In this document: positions 1 through 13,200 of the stretch, one piece after another
Numbering within the stretch: position 1 is the stretch's first letter
Layout of the letters: each line of letters starts with the position of its first letter
Assembly: GCA_014905635.1 (NCBI GenBank)
Contig: CM026547.1
Span: forward strand, 1,178,001 to 1,242,000
Length of the DNA: 64,000 nt
Origin: Scenedesmus sp. PABB004
Taxonomy: Eukaryota
Reading direction: 5' to 3'
The notes under the pieces: generated by a model
Told to the model about the DNA's origin: nothing
The model's database searches: none
The model's input: only the letters and a program-made list of their open reading frames with translations
Position numbers and translations under genes: made by a program

Positions 1-54
1 CCCACGCGCGCCGCCGCCCGCCCGCGCGCGTGCGCGTGCGTTGCCGGCGTGCAG

Positions 55-1188
55 GCGACATTGTGTTTTACAACAAGCTCGCCAAGTTCTCCTGCAAGCA
101 GATGGGCGCGACGCGCAGCGGCAGCGCTGTGACGGCCGCGTGGTCGCCGTGCGGGCGCTACCTGCTCACGTCGACCACCGCGCCGCGGCTGCGCGTCGAC
201 AACAACATCCGCGTGTTCACCTACTACGGTGCGCGCGCGAGCGGCAGCAGCAGCAGGGCCGCACGCGCCGCGCCGTGCCGCGCTCCGCCGCGCCGCACCG
301 GCCGCTCAACCCCCGCCGACCCGCGCGCCGACCCGCGCAGGCAAGAAGGTGTGCGAGCGGCCGTTTGAGATCCTGCTGCAGGCGGCGTGGCTGCCGCCGC
401 CGCCGGGCACGACGTACGAGGACCGCCCGCCGTCGCCCGGCCGCGTGGCGGCGGCGGCGGCCACGGGCGGCGTCGCCGGCGCCGTCGCCGCCGCGGCGAA
501 GCAGGCGTACCGCCCGCCCGGCATGCGCTCGCTGCACGCGCACCTCGCGGAGGGCGCGGCGGCGATCAACGCCAACGCGCCGACCTTCAGCCTCGCGTAC
601 GACGCGAGCAGCAAGCCGGGGCGCGTCACCGCGGAGCGCACCGCCGGCGGCAAGCCGCTGCCGCCGGGCGCCGAGTTTGTGAGCAAGGCGGCGAGCAAGA
701 ACGCGAAGAAGCGCGCCAACAAGAAGGCCAAGGCCGGCGGCGAGGGCGGCGACGACGACGGCGCGGCGCCGGAGCAGGAGCAGCAGCAGCAGCAGCCGGC
801 GCAGGCGCAGGCGCAGCCGGCGCAGGCGCAGGCGCAGCCGGCGCAGGCGCAGGCGCAGCAGCAGGTCGCGGGCGTGACGGCGCAGATGGCGGCCGCGAGC
901 GTCGGCGGCGAGGGCGGCGCGGACGCGGCGCAGAAGCGCGTGCGCGCGCTGCAGAAGAAGCTGCGGCAGATACAGCAGCTCAAGGAGCGCCGCGACAAGG
1001 AGGGTGAGTGCGGCGGCCGCGCGCGCGCTGGCGGCTCGCCGATGGGGTGCCCTGCTCACGCACCACGCGCCCGCCCCGCGCGGCGCGGCGCCGCAGGCGC
1101 GGAGGCGCTCGAGTTGGAGCAGCTGCAGAAGATCGAGGCCGAGGCGGCGGTGATCGCGGAGATCAAGGAGCTCGGCGGCGAGGTGTGA
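55..1188 (+). CDS. EIF2A: Translation initiation factor eIF2A, 3' part (5' end lies outside the window); exons about 55-228, 341-1003, 1097-1188
   Basis: WSPCGRYLLTSTTAPRLRVDNNIRVFTYYG (eIF2A propeller end), AYRPP motif, KNAKKRANKK, and C-terminal coiled coil KRVRALQKKLRQIQQLK...LEQLQKI. GT-AG introns restore the frame; stop is TGA 1186-1188. Confidence 0.92.
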
Positions 1189-1480
1189 ACGTCGCACAGG
1201 GGCTGAGAATGCGCGGACGGCGGCGGGCGGCGTCAGTTTTTCGAACGGCGGCCTGAGCTGTCGCGGCCGCCGTGCGCTGCAACCAACGCGCGAGCCCGCC
1301 CGCGCGCACACCCGCCGCTAGCTGAGAGCCTGGCTGGGGCCGCCGACGGAGGGGAGGCTGAGGCCGATAAACGCAACGCGGCGGCCGCTGCTCCTGTGGG
1401 GTGGGGGGCTCGCCGGCCGGGTCGCCAGCGGCCAGCGGCAGGGCGCTCCGTGATAGCCCAGCCGCGGCAGACGGAGCAGC

Positions 1481-3100
1481 ATGTGCTTCACCGCCACGCA
1501 CAGCGCCGTGTTCGCCGGCCTCGGCGCCGCGGCGACCGCGCTGCTGCTCTACCGCGGCCGGTCGTGGAAGTACTGCGGCCTGACCATCTACTTTACCATC
1601 ATGGAGGTGCGCGGCGGCCCGGCGCGGCGCCGAGGGCCGGCTGCTGCTGCGCGGCACTGGCTGCTGCCGCCCCGGTGCGTGAGCGGCGCCCAGTGGCGTC
1701 CAGCAGCTCACCAGCCTCCCCCCACGCGCAGGTGCTGCAGCTGCTCCAGTACCAGGTCATCGACCAGTGCGAGAGCAAGGCGAACCAGCTGCTCACGTGG
1801 GTGGCGTACGTCCACGTCGCGCTGCAGCCGGTCGTGTTCAACGAGTTTGTCTTCGGTGAGCGCCCCACCGCCCCGCACCGCACCGTGCGCCCGCGCGCCC
1901 CGCCCACGCGCCGCCCGCCCCGCGCGCCGCGCAGGCCAGCCACAGCCGGCGTTCAACTCGCCCGCGATCAGCAGGGAGGCCGACCTCATCGTGCACTGGA
2001 CCGTGCGCCGCCTCGCCGCCGCGGCGTCGGCGATGCTGGTGCTCAAGGGCCTGCCCGCGCTGCTGCAGCTGCTCTCGCTCGCCGAGTCGCCGGCCCTCGC
2101 CGCGCTGCTCGGCCCGCGCCTCGCGGCGCACGTCATGACCCCGCCGCCGTGCTGCGGCACCAACCCCGAGATGCTCTGCGGCGCGCAGCTCTGCAGCTTC
2201 TCTGGTGCGCGCCGCCGCCGCGGCCGCGCCGGCTTGGGCTGAGTCTCGGCGCACTGAGCCCTGCTCGTTCAACCCACCCCGCGCGCGCGCAGGCAAGTAT
2301 CACCTGGGCTGGAGCGTGCCCTCGCTGCCCCACTCCTACTACATCCCGACGGCCTTCCTGCACGGCTTCTGGTGCGACCGCGCGCGCGGCGCGAGGCGCG
2401 CGGCCGGAAGCGCGCTTTGTGCGCCGCCCGGCCGCCGCCCGGCCGACGCCCGCCGCCGCCGCCGCTGCCCGCCGCTGCCCGCCGCCGCAGGTTCTTCCTG
2501 CCCGCGCTGGTCGTCGGTGCGTGGCGGCCGCCGGCCCGGGCGGCGCGCCCGCGCGCGGCGCCGGCCGCCGCGCGCCCACGCGGCGCCGCCGCCCCGCGCG
2601 CGCGCAGGCAACACGGGCGCGCGCGTGCTCGGCGCCGCGGCGTTTGTCACCGGCCCGCTGTTGACCGAGTGGGTGCTCGGCGGCGACGCGGACGCGCGGC
2701 GCTTTGAGTGGGCCTCCATCTGGTGCATGTTCTCCCTCGGCCAGGTGCGCGCGAGCGCGCGCGGTCGACTGCGCCAGCGCCGCCAGGCGCTGCGCGCGTC
2801 ACCCAACCACCGCCGCCGCCGCCGCACGCGCAGGTGCTGCTGCTCTTTGCCGTCGAGCTCGGCGGCGCGCGGGCGATCGTGGGCCGCTACCACATCCCGC
2901 CCCGCGCCGACGACGCCAGGCCCGGGGGCCTCTTCACCGACCTGCTCGCCCACACGCGCAAGGCGGGGCGCCGCGGCGGCGGCGCCGGCGCCAGCGCGCC
3001 GCGCGCCGCGCCCGCGCCCGCGACCGCCACGCCGACGCGGCGCAGCTCGCGCATTGCGCAGCGCACGCCCGCGGCGGTGTCGCGCCTGCAGCTCGACTGA
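1481..3100 (+). CDS. Multi-pass membrane protein, DUF5765-like; 7 exons (about 1481-1606, 1732-1855, 1935-2204, 2293-2371, 2491-2516, 2608-2744, 2834-3100)
   Basis: Spliced product reads MCFTATHS...YFTIMEVLQLLQYQVIDQCESKANQLLTWVAYVHVALQP...LCGAQLCSFSGKYHLGW...EWASIWCMFS, matching the DUF5765 pattern as I recall it (MC..S, ME.LQ...Y.VID.C...NQ.LT...Y.HI..QP, C..SG.WH.AW, E.PA.WCLFS). TGTAA follows at 3152. Confidence 0.75.
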
Positions 3101-3151
3101 ACTCTATTGCGGGTTGAACCTCGGGGTTGATTTCAAACCCAACCGTTAGAA

Positions 3152-3156
3152 TGTAA
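3152..3156 (+). promoter_or_regulatory. TGTAA chlorophyte-type polyadenylation signal for the DUF5765-like gene
   Basis: TGTAA 52 nt after the stop codon, in an AT-richer patch. Confidence 0.5.
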
Positions 3157-3312
3157 CCACCGGCGTGCGACTTTGGGCCAGGCCCGGTGTAGAATCCACA
3201 CAGTTTGCGTCCCGCTCGCCACCGCCGGCGGCCCCGGCAGCGATGGGCTAGCGGCGGCGCCGCGCGCTGCCGCTGCTGCGCCGCGCGGGGCAGCTGCCGC
3301 GGCCGGCCGGCC

Positions 3313-6300
3313 ATGGCGTCGTCGCAGGAGGGCCGCCTCTTCGCGGTGCGCCTGGTCGCGATCGACCACTACATGGCGCCGCCGCTGCCGGGCGTGGACG
3401 CCTGCTTCTCCAGCCTGGAGGGCGCGGCCGTGGACCTGGTGCCCGTGGTGCGCGTCTTCGGCTCCACGCCCGCGGGCCAGCGCGTCTGCCTGCACCTGCA
3501 CCAGGTACGGAGGCGCGCGCCGGCTTGGCTCCGAGCGCTGCTGCTGTTCGCCGCCGCCGCTGCATGCGGCCGCCCAGCAGCGCTGCCGGCCGGCGCGGGC
3601 GCGCAGGCGTACCCCTACTTTTACGTGCCCTACGCAGACGACCTGCCCAGCGAGCCGGCGGAAGGTGCGCCGCGCCGCGCCCAGCACGCGCAGCGCGGCG
3701 CAGCACGCTCAGCCGTGGCCGCTGCCGCCGCAGCGGGCCGCTTCCTGCGCCGCATGGCACTCGCCATCAACACTGCCATGCGCATGAGCGGCCCCCTGTC
3801 CGCGGCAGCAGCGGGCGCCGCCGCGCCGCCCGGCCCCGCTGCCGGCGCGCCGCCGCCCGGCCCTGCCGCGGCCGGCCGCCCCGGCCCCGGCGGCGGCGGG
3901 AAGCAGCACGTCGCCGACCTGGCGCTGGTCAAGGCGCGGCCGATGTATGGCTTCTACGCTGAGGAGAGCCTCTTCGTCAAAGTGGTGCTGTGAGTGGCGC
4001 GGACGCCGGGCCGCGCACGCCGACCTGGGCCGCACGCGCCGGCAGAGCCCCCGCCGCCGCCCTTACCAACCAGCCAGCTGAGTGCGCGCCGACGCCGCCG
4101 CCGCCGACGCCGCCAACCCCGCCGCAGGTACAACCCCGCCGACGTGTCGCGCGCCGCGCTGCTGCTCGGCTCGGGCGCGGTGCTGGGGCGGCGCTTCCAG
4201 CCCTTTGAGGCGCACGTGCCCTTCCTGCTGCAGCTCAAGGTGTGGCGGCCTCAAACCCTGCCCCAGGCGCTGCACGGCGGCCCGCGCCTGCCGCCGCTGC
4301 TAGCTCGGCTGACCCGCCGCCGCGGCCGCGCGCGGCGGCCACCTTGCGGCGTCACACGTGCTGCTGCGTCAGATCGACTTAAACCTCGGCGGCATGGACT
4401 GGGTGAGGCTGCGCCGCGTGCTGTTCAGGGAGCCGCCCCGCGGGGCGGGCGCGGCGCCGTCCCAGGACGACGAGGCCTGGGACCCCTGGCGCGCGAGCAG
4501 CGCCGCGCACGTGTCGCGCGAGGCCGCGCGCCAGGGCCAGGGCTCGGCGGGCGCGTCGAGCCTGCTCGGCAGCACGCCGGGCAGCCAGGCGCCTGAGGGC
4601 GCGGGGGCGGTGTGGGACGCCGGCACCATCCCGCGCGAGTGGACATGGGACGCGCTCGCCGCCGCAGAGGGCCTCAGGTGGGCTGCGCGCCCCGCCGGCG
4701 TCCCCGCGCCGCCGACGGCGCCGCCTGGTGCGCGCCGTGCTGAGCCGCCGTCGCCGCCGCCGCGCCGCCGCCAGGTCGGTGCCGCCGCGGCAGAGCACGT
4801 GCGCGCTGGAGGCAGACGCCGTCACGCCCGACATTCTCAACCGCGGAGACGCGGTGCAGGTGTCCCTGCAGGCGGCCACGCCCGACCAGCAGCTCGTGGC
4901 GAGCCTCGCGCCGATGTGGCGCCAGGAGCGCTGGCGCCTCGGCGGCGGCAGCATCCCGCCGCCGCCCGGCTCGCCGCCGCGGCGCCCCGCGCCGCTGTGC
5001 CCTGCGGTCGAGGCGGTGCGGGAGGAGTTTGAGGTGGGCTCACGACAAGGGCTGGCGCCTGGCCGGCGGCGCAGCCAGGTCCACCGCCGCGCCCGCGGCA
5101 GCCGCCGACGCCGCGCGCACTGCTTTGCGCCGCCGCAGGCTGTCGCGCGCCAGCACGCCGCCCAGGTGGAGGCCACCGCCGCGGCTCTCGCCGCGCTGCA
5201 GTCGCAGCAGCCGCCCGCGCAGCCGAGCTCGGCCCCCAGTCCGGCGCCCTCGCCGCCGGGCAGTCAGCAGGCGGGGGGCACGCCGCTGGGGACACCACAG
5301 GCAACGCCAGCCGCGGCGGCGGGCAGCCAGGCGGCGGCGACGCCTGGGCGGCTGGCGCGGCTGCTGGCAGCGAGCCAGCCCGCCAACCAGGCGGTCAGCA
5401 CTGTGAGGCGGCCCGGTGTTGCAAGCCGGCTTGGCGGCGAGGCGCCGCAGCAGGACGGGCTGCCCAGCCTCTCGCCGTGCGCAGCCCCGGACTTTGTGCC
5501 GGCCAGCCCGCTGGAGGGCGCTGCGCTCACGCCCGCAGCGGCGGCGGCAGCGGCGGCGGTGGCGGCAGGAGCTGAGGCTGCGGTCGGTGCGACGCCTGCG
5601 CGCACGCCCGTGCCCGTGTTTGCGGTGCCAGCCACGCCCGCCACGGCGCCCGCGGAGCAGGAGCACCCGCTGGTGGATGAGGCGGTGCTGAGCCAGCTAC
5701 AGAGCCAGCATGGCACCATGCGCCTCAGCCGCCTCGCGGCGGCCAGCCAGGGCGGCGCCGGCGGCGCCGAGAGCGCCGGGCGGCCGCAGCGGGCGCCCTC
5801 GGCGAGCAAGCTGCAGCGTCGCACCGCGACGGCGCTGGCAGCGGCGGCGGCGGCGCTCGCGTCGTCAGGCGACGGGAGTGGCAGTGGCCCAGCGGGGCCG
5901 GGGCTTGCGTCTCTGGGTTCGTTCGGCGGCAGCGCCGGCGCGCTGGGGGCTGCCACCAACGCAGGCGAGCGCGGGGCCAGCCAGGCGGCGCACGAGGAGG
6001 ACGACACCGGCAGCGGCGACGAGAGCGACGGCCTGCACGGCGAGGGCGGCAGCAACGCCGGGGCCGGCAGCGAGCACGACGACGACGACCTGCTGCTGCA
6101 CCTCGCCGAGCTCGCAGGTGCGGCGCCGAGCGAGCGGGCAGGTCCCTCGCTGAGCGACCTGCTGTGCGTCGCGGCCTCTGACGCCGCCGCCGCTGCGCGC
6201 AGATGAGGGCGCCGCGTCGCCGACGCCCTCGCCCTCGCCCTCGCCTGGCGCCAAGCGGCAGCGGCTGGAGGGCAGCAGCCAGGCGACGCCAGCGCAGCAG

Positions 6301-7172
6301 CGCGCCCGCGGCGGCGCTGGCGACGCGGCAGGCGGCAGCCCGGCAGGGGACTGGTGCGAGGGCCGCGGTGCTGCGGGTGGGATGGAGGCGGATGACGCAC
6401 AGCCCATGGAGATTAAGCAGCAGCCTGGCGGCGGTCACGCTGGCGCAGGCGCCACACCCCGCGCCGCGGCCGAGGTCGCAGCGGCAGGCCGCACCCCGGG
6501 CTCCGCGGCTGCCTCCCAGGAGGACGCTGCAGCCTACATCGCCCTGCTGGAGGCGGTGGAGGTGCAGCGGCGCCAGCAGGCGCAGCAGGCGCCGCCGCCG
6601 CCGCCGCCGCCGCCGCAACAGGAGCAGCGGTGGCAGGCGAGCCCCGAGGCCGCGCCACCGCCCGCCGGCGCGGCCACGCGCAGCGGCAGCGAGGGCGGCG
6701 GCACGGGCGAGCGCGGCCGCAGCAGCGGCGGCGCCGCGGAGGGCCTCAGTGACAGGGCGGAGGCGGGAACGGCTGGCGAGGCAGCGGCAGCAGCAGAGGC
6801 CTGGCACCGTGGCCCTTGGCGGGCCGGCTCACAGCCGCGCGACGCGCGCTCCCCCGCCTGGCCTGCGCGCTCGCTAGGTTCAGCCTCACCCGCTGCTCCC
6901 TCTGTGCAGCGGGGCAGGGAGCTCAGCCTGACGCCCTCCGGGCAGGCGTCGGGGCTCCGCCAGCCGGCGTTCAGCAGCCCCGACGCCCGCTTGGATGCGC
7001 CAGAGGCGCTGGAACGCGCAGGCGCTGCCAGCGGTGCGTGGGCTGACACGCCGGTCACCCCGGCACCAGGCGAGCATGCAGACGGCGGCAGCGGGCTGCA
7101 GCTGCAGTCGGCGTTTGAGCTTTTGCACGGCGGCCAAACGCCACCGAAGCGGGGAGCAGCGCCGCTGCCGAC

Positions 7173-7226
<54 letters not shown>

Positions 7227-10200
7227 CCCGCCGCGGGGCGGCGGCACCATCCCCCAGGTCGACGGCGCCGCAGACAGCGACACCGATGACGATTGGGGCT
7301 GCGGCGACGACGTGAGCGCCCAGCTCGGCGCCTCTAGCAGCAGTGACGGCGGCAGCGCGGAGCGCTCGCAGGGTCTGGCGGCGGGGCTGAGCAGCGAGGA
7401 GGAGCTGCCGCCAACTCAGCCAGCGGACGCGGCTGCCGCAGGCTGCGCGGAGCAGGGCGGGGGCGACGAGGAGGACGCGGCGCCGACCCAGGAGCTGCCG
7501 GCGGCGCTGGCGGGCGCTGCCAGGCCCGCGCCTGGGCCTGGCCCGCGCGTGGTGTCGGGCTTGTTCAGACCCGCCCGGCAGGCATCAGAGCCGGCGGCCC
7601 TCGCAGGTGCGGAGGCAGCTGCGGAGGTAGCTGCGGAGGCGGTGGGAGTCACAGCGGCGGCGGCGGCGCAGGAGCAGCAGCCAGCAGCGCAGCACAGCCC
7701 AGACGCAGGGGCGCTTGCCAGCCCCAGTGCAGGCAGCCCCTGTGTGCCGCTGAGCCTTCGCATGCTCGAGGTGCTGGGCGTGTCTGACAACCCCAGCAGC
7801 GGCGACGGCAGCGGCGACGGGGCCGACGGGGGCGTGGACGCGGCGGCGCAGGCTCGGCCGTCTCAGCCGCCGGCGTCCGCGGGCGAGGGGCGGCCGAGCC
7901 AGCGGGAGCAGCAGCAGTGGCAGGCGTGGCAGCAACAGTATGGGCAGCCGGCAGAGCTGGCGGGCAGCGCGCAGCTGCTGCTGCGGCTCTCGGGGAGCAG
8001 CGGCGCTGGTGGGACCTCGCAGCTGGCCCCTGGCGAGCCGGGTGTTAGTAGTGGCACGCCGGCAGCAGCGCCCGCAGACGCGGCTGGCCTCGCCGTGCCG
8101 GGCTCGCGGCCGCCGCAATCTGCGGGAACCGCTGCCGGCGCCATCGACCTGACCTCCGACACGCCCGCCACTGGGGCGGCAGCAACAGCGGCGGCTGGCG
8201 GGCACACGCAGAGCCAACCGGACCCGCCCGAGGCCCCCCTGGCCCGCGTGCTCAGCTTTGAGCTGCCAAGCAGCCAGGTGACGCTCACGCCGCCGGCGCC
8301 CGGTGGCGGGGGCGCGCGGACGGCGGCCGCACAGCAGCTGGCGCCGTTGGGGCTCGAGCAGCAGCAGCCCGACGCCATGGACGTGGACGGCGAGCAGCTG
8401 TCAAGTGGCTGGCCGGGCAGCAGCGCCGCGCACGGCGCGCGGGAGCAGCCGTCGCTGCGCCTGCAGCTGTCGCCGCCCTCGCAGGCGGCCCAGCCGTGGC
8501 AGCAGGGCGGCGGGCAGGCGCTGCCACCGTCGCCGGAGCAGCTGCCTGGCGCCGGCGCCGCAGCCTCCAGCCTCGCCATCGCTCGGCTGGTCGTGCTGCG
8601 GCCGCGGGCCAGGCCGCCAGACCCAGCGACCGCGGCGGAGGGCATGGCTGCGCTGGGGCTGCTGCCGGTGGCCCACCAGGAGCCGTTCTATGGCCGGCCG
8701 GCGGACAAGCCACACCAGCCCGTGGTCTTTGCGGGGCGCGAGTTCAAGTGCGGCGGCGCGCGCGGCAGCCGCGCGCCTGTGGGCCCGGCGGCGCTGGCTG
8801 ACCCCGGCCGACCCCCGCCCCCGCAGGATCCCTTCGTCCGCGGACGTGCCCGACTTTGTCTCTCACGTGCCGCCCAGCGCCGGCAACGCCGCCGACGGAC
8901 GCGGCGCGCTGGCGCGGCTCCGTGCGGCGCTGCGGCAGCCCGGCGAGCCGGGCGCGGATGCCGACGCGGACGCGGATGAGCTGCCGCGCTCGCCGCGGCG
9001 CGAGCAGCGGCACGCGCTGCTGCGCCGGCAGCTGGACGCCGCGCGCGCGGCCGACGCAGCGCTGCCGCAGCGCTATCGCGGCGTCGTGGTGCTTCAACTG
9101 CCGGTCAAGCCGCCCAGCCGCGCCCAGACAGAGGCGTGGCTGGCCGCGGAGGCGGCCAAGGCCGCGGCGCGGCGCAGCGGGCGCGGCGCGGCGGGCGCCC
9201 GCGTGCGGCCGTTTGCTGCGGCGGCCGCGCGCGGCGCGCCGGCGCCGGCGCCGGCAGCAGCGGTGGAGGCAGCGGGCGCGCTGGCGGCTGGGCGGGCGGG
9301 CGGCAGCGGGCTGGTGATGGATGCCAACAGCGGCAGGCTCGTCCCCGCCACGCCAGCCGCTCATCCCGGCAGCAGCTCCGGCGCGGCGAGCGGGGTGACG
9401 CCGCGCGGCAGCGCCGCGGCGGGCTGGAGCGGCGCGTTCCCCGCCGCCGCGCTGCGCGCCGCGGCCACGCCAAGCGGCGCGGCGCGCGGCGCCACGGCGG
9501 GCGCCGGCAGTCAGGCGAGCGACGACCCCGACGGCGAGCTCGGCCTGCTGGCCACGCCCAACCTGCTGCTGTCGCTGCCCGCGGCGTCGCAGCACGAGGA
9601 CGGCTCGCGCCGCTGCTCCGCCCCGGCCGGCGGCCGCAGCCAGCTGCCCGGCCAGCCGCAGCAGGATGACGAGGAGGGCGCCAGCGAGGGCGGCAGCGAG
9701 GGCGAGGAGGAGCTGGAGGCGCCGGCGTCGCCAAAGTATGACGAGCGCACGTTCTTCTTCTCAGAGCCCAAGCGCAGCAGCACGCGCGGCACGGCGCGGC
9801 GGCGGCGCTCGGGCAGCGCCGGTGGCGGTGCCGGTGGCGGTGCTGGCGGCGGCGGCGGCGGCGGCAGCGGCGCGGACACCGCGGCTGGGCCAGGCGCGGC
9901 GGTGGCGGGCGCCGCCCTAGCGGGCGGCGCGGCACCGACCCCCAGCTCGCGCGGGACGGCGGTGTCGCCGCTGGCGCTGGCGGGGCACGGGGAGCACATC
10001 ACCCCGCCGGCGCCGCCGGGCGGCTCGGCCGCGGCGGGCTCCAAGGCCGGCGCCGGCGGGAAGACGCCGCCGAGCCAGCTCGGCTTCAAGCAGGCGCAGC
10101 AGGGCTCGCGGCGGGCGCCGCAGCTGGAGCTGAGCATCCTCGCTGTCGAGGTGCACGCGGACAGCAGGGGCGCCCTGCTGCCCGACCCGCGGTGCGCGGG

Positions 10201-13200
10201 CGCGGCCGCCGGCGGCGCCGCGCGGCCGCGGGCGCCGCGGCCCGCGCCCACGCTCACGCCGGCCGCCGCCCTCGTCCCGCCGTCGCCGCCGCAGGTACGA
10301 CGCGGTGCGCGTGGCCGCGCTCGTGCTGCTGGCGCCGCCGCCGCCGGGCGGCGCCGCGTCGCGGCAGTCCTGCAAGGTGGTGCGGTACCTGGTGTGGGAC
10401 CCCAAGCACCCGGCGGCGGCCGCGGCGGCGGCGGACGCCGCTGCGCGGGCCGCTGCAGCTGGCGCGCCGGCGCCAGCGCCGCCGCACCAGCAGCACGCGC
10501 ACCAGAACCAGCATCAGCAGCAGCACCAGCAGCAGCACCAGCAGCACTACCCCGCTGGCGCGCCGCCGCTCGCGCCCGCCGCCGCGGCGACGGGCGCGCG
10601 CGATGCGGACGCCGCCGCCGCTGCGCGGCAGATGCTGCGGCTGCCGACGCTGCCGCCGGTGGACGCGCCAGTCGCGCGCGTGCCGCCGGGGCGCGACTGG
10701 GACGGCCTGCTGCGCTGCCTCACCCTCGGCGGCGCCGTGCCGCGCGCGGCGCAGGCGGCCGGCGCGGCCGACGCCGGCGGGGGCGGGCCGGGCTCCGGCC
10801 CCGCCGGCGGCCCCTCGCCCGCGCCGCCGCCGCCGGCGGCGCCGCCGCCGGCGCCGGCGCCCGTCCAGCTGGCCTACTATGACAGCGAGCTGGCGCTGCT
10901 GCAGGGCTTTGCGGGCGTGGTTCAGGCGCTCGACCCGGACGTGATCGTCGGCTGGGACCTGCAGACCGGCAGCCTCGGCTACCTGGCGGACCGCGGCGCG
11001 CAGCTGGGCTTCAACCTCCTGCGCGCCGCGTCGCGCACGCCCGAGGTGCGCGGCACGGCGCCCCCCGTCCCGGTGGCGGCGCCGCGGCGCACGTACGAGC
11101 GCCCGCCCGCCCGCCCGCCGCGCCGCGCAGCTGCCCGGCCTGCGCGAGGGCTCCGACGACGCGTGGGGCCGGCAGCACGGCAGCGGGCTGCACTCGACCG
11201 GCCGCATCCTGCTCAACTGCTGGCGGTGCGCGGCTGGGGGCGGGGGCCGGCGCGGGCGGGCGGGGACCGGGCTGGGCCGGCGCCGCAGCCAGCCGGCCGC
11301 GCGCCGCCGCCGCGGCGCCCCGACCTGGCCCCGCGCGCCCTGGTAGGCTGATGGTCGGCGAGCTCAAGCTGGCGCACTATTCGCTTGAGGCCTGCGTGGC
11401 GGCGGTCCTGCGGCGCCGCGTGCCGCTCGTGGCCCAGCCCACGATGGCCGCGTGGTTCGCCGGCGGGCACGCCTGCGGGCGCTGGCGCTGCCTGTCGCGC
11501 CTCGCGTGGCGCGCCGCGCTCGTGCTGGACCTGCTCGACACGCTCGACCTGCCGGGGCGCACCGCCGAGCTCGCGCGCACGTACGGCATCGACTTTTTCA
11601 GCGTCATCAACCGCGGCAGCCAGTACCGCGTGGAGAGCATGCTGCTCCGCCTCGCGCACAGCCAGAACTATCTCGCCGTCTCGCCCACTAAGGAGCAGGC
11701 GCGCACGGCGCACCGCCTGCCCCGCGGCCGCACACTCCGCGGCCGGAGGCGCGCCCTTTGACCCCCGACGCCGCCGCCGCCGCCGCTGCACGCCGCGCGC
11801 CGCAGGTGGGGTCGCAGCCCGCGACCGAGGCGCTGCCGCTGGTGATGGAGCCCGAGTCGCGCCTGTACAGCTGCCCCGTGGTGGTGCTGGACTTCCAGAG
11901 CCTCTACCCCAGCCTGGTCATCGCCTACAACCTCTGCTACTCCACCTGCGTCGGCCGCCCCGCGCACGCCGCGGCAGCGGCCGCGGCTGCCGCGGCCGAG
12001 GCGCGCGCCGCGCTCGCGGCCGCGGCCGCGGCCGGCGGCAGCGGCGGCGACGGTGGCGGCGCGGAGCAGGCGCCCGGCGCGGGCGTGCGGCTCGGCGTGA
12101 CGAGCTACGCGCCGCCCGCGAGCGCGCTGCTGCGGGGCGGGCCGTGCGAACCGGCGCGCCTCGTGCTCGCGCCCAACGGCGTGGGCTTTGTGCCGCCGGG
12201 CGTGCGGCCGGGCGTGCTGCCGCGGCTGCTGCACGAAATCCTCGCCACGCGCGTCATGGTCAAGGCGGCGATGAAGCGAAACAAGGCAGACAAGGCGCGC
12301 CCCGCGCCCGCCAACCCAAGGGCTGGGGGCGCAGCTGCGGGACGCGGCCGGCGGCTGCGGCGGCGCCGGCTAGAGAGCGTGCGCGACCAGCGCCCGCGCC
12401 CCGCCGCACGCCGCACGCCGCGCGCCGCGGTGCGCGCAGGTGCTGCAGCGCTGCCTCAACGCGCGCCAGTTTGGGCTCAAAATGATCGCCAACGTGAGCT
12501 ACGGCTACACGAGCGCCGGCTTCAGCGGCCGCATGCCCTGCGCGGAGCTGGCCGACGCGATCGTGCAGGCACGCGCCGCGGGGCACAGGGCGCGGGGCGC
12601 GGGGCGGTTTGCAGCCGCCGCCCGCGCGCGGCGCGCGCCCACGCGCCACGCCCACGCGCCGTGCCGCGCCCTCGCCTTCTCTCGCCCCCCCCCCCCAGTC
12701 GGGGCGGCAGACGCTGGAGAACGCGATCCGCCTGGTCGAGGGCAGCGCCGCGTGGCGCGCGCGCGTCGTGTACGGCGACACCGACAGCCTCTTCGTCGCG
12801 CTGCCGGGGCGCAGCCGCGCCGAGGCGCACGCGATCGGGTGCGGACCCGCGGGGCGGCGCCGCCGCCCACCGCCGCGCGTCGCGGGCGCCCGCCAGCGCA
12901 CGCGGCGGCCCGCCGCCCGCCGTGACCCGCCGCGCCCGCATGCGCGCCGCAGCGCGGAGATTGCGGCGGCGGTGACGGCGGCCAACCCGCGGCCGGTGAC
13001 GCTGAAGCTGGAGAAGGTCTACCACCCCTGCCTGCTGCAGACCAAGAAGCGCTACGTGGGCTACGCCTACGAGTCCCCCGAGCAGCGGCTGCCGGTCTTT
13101 GACGCCAAGGGCATCGAGACCGTCAGGCGCGCGGCAGGGAGGGGGGCTGCGCGCGGCGGGCGGAGCGGGGCGGCGGCGCGCGAGCGCGCGCGTGCCGCGC

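Noticed and set aside
217..1311. Long antisense or alternative-frame ORFs here and throughout (e.g. 49591-51906 -, 59949-62636 -, 45901-48345 -)
   Set aside because: Stop codons are rare at this GC content; these are Arg/Ala/Pro-rich shadows of real genes with no domain motifs
6204..6206. Apparent premature TGA (or selenocysteine codon) in REV3
   Set aside because: A GT-AG intron at 6118-6202 shifts the frame (G|AT GAG GGC) and joins in frame to the ORF at 6382
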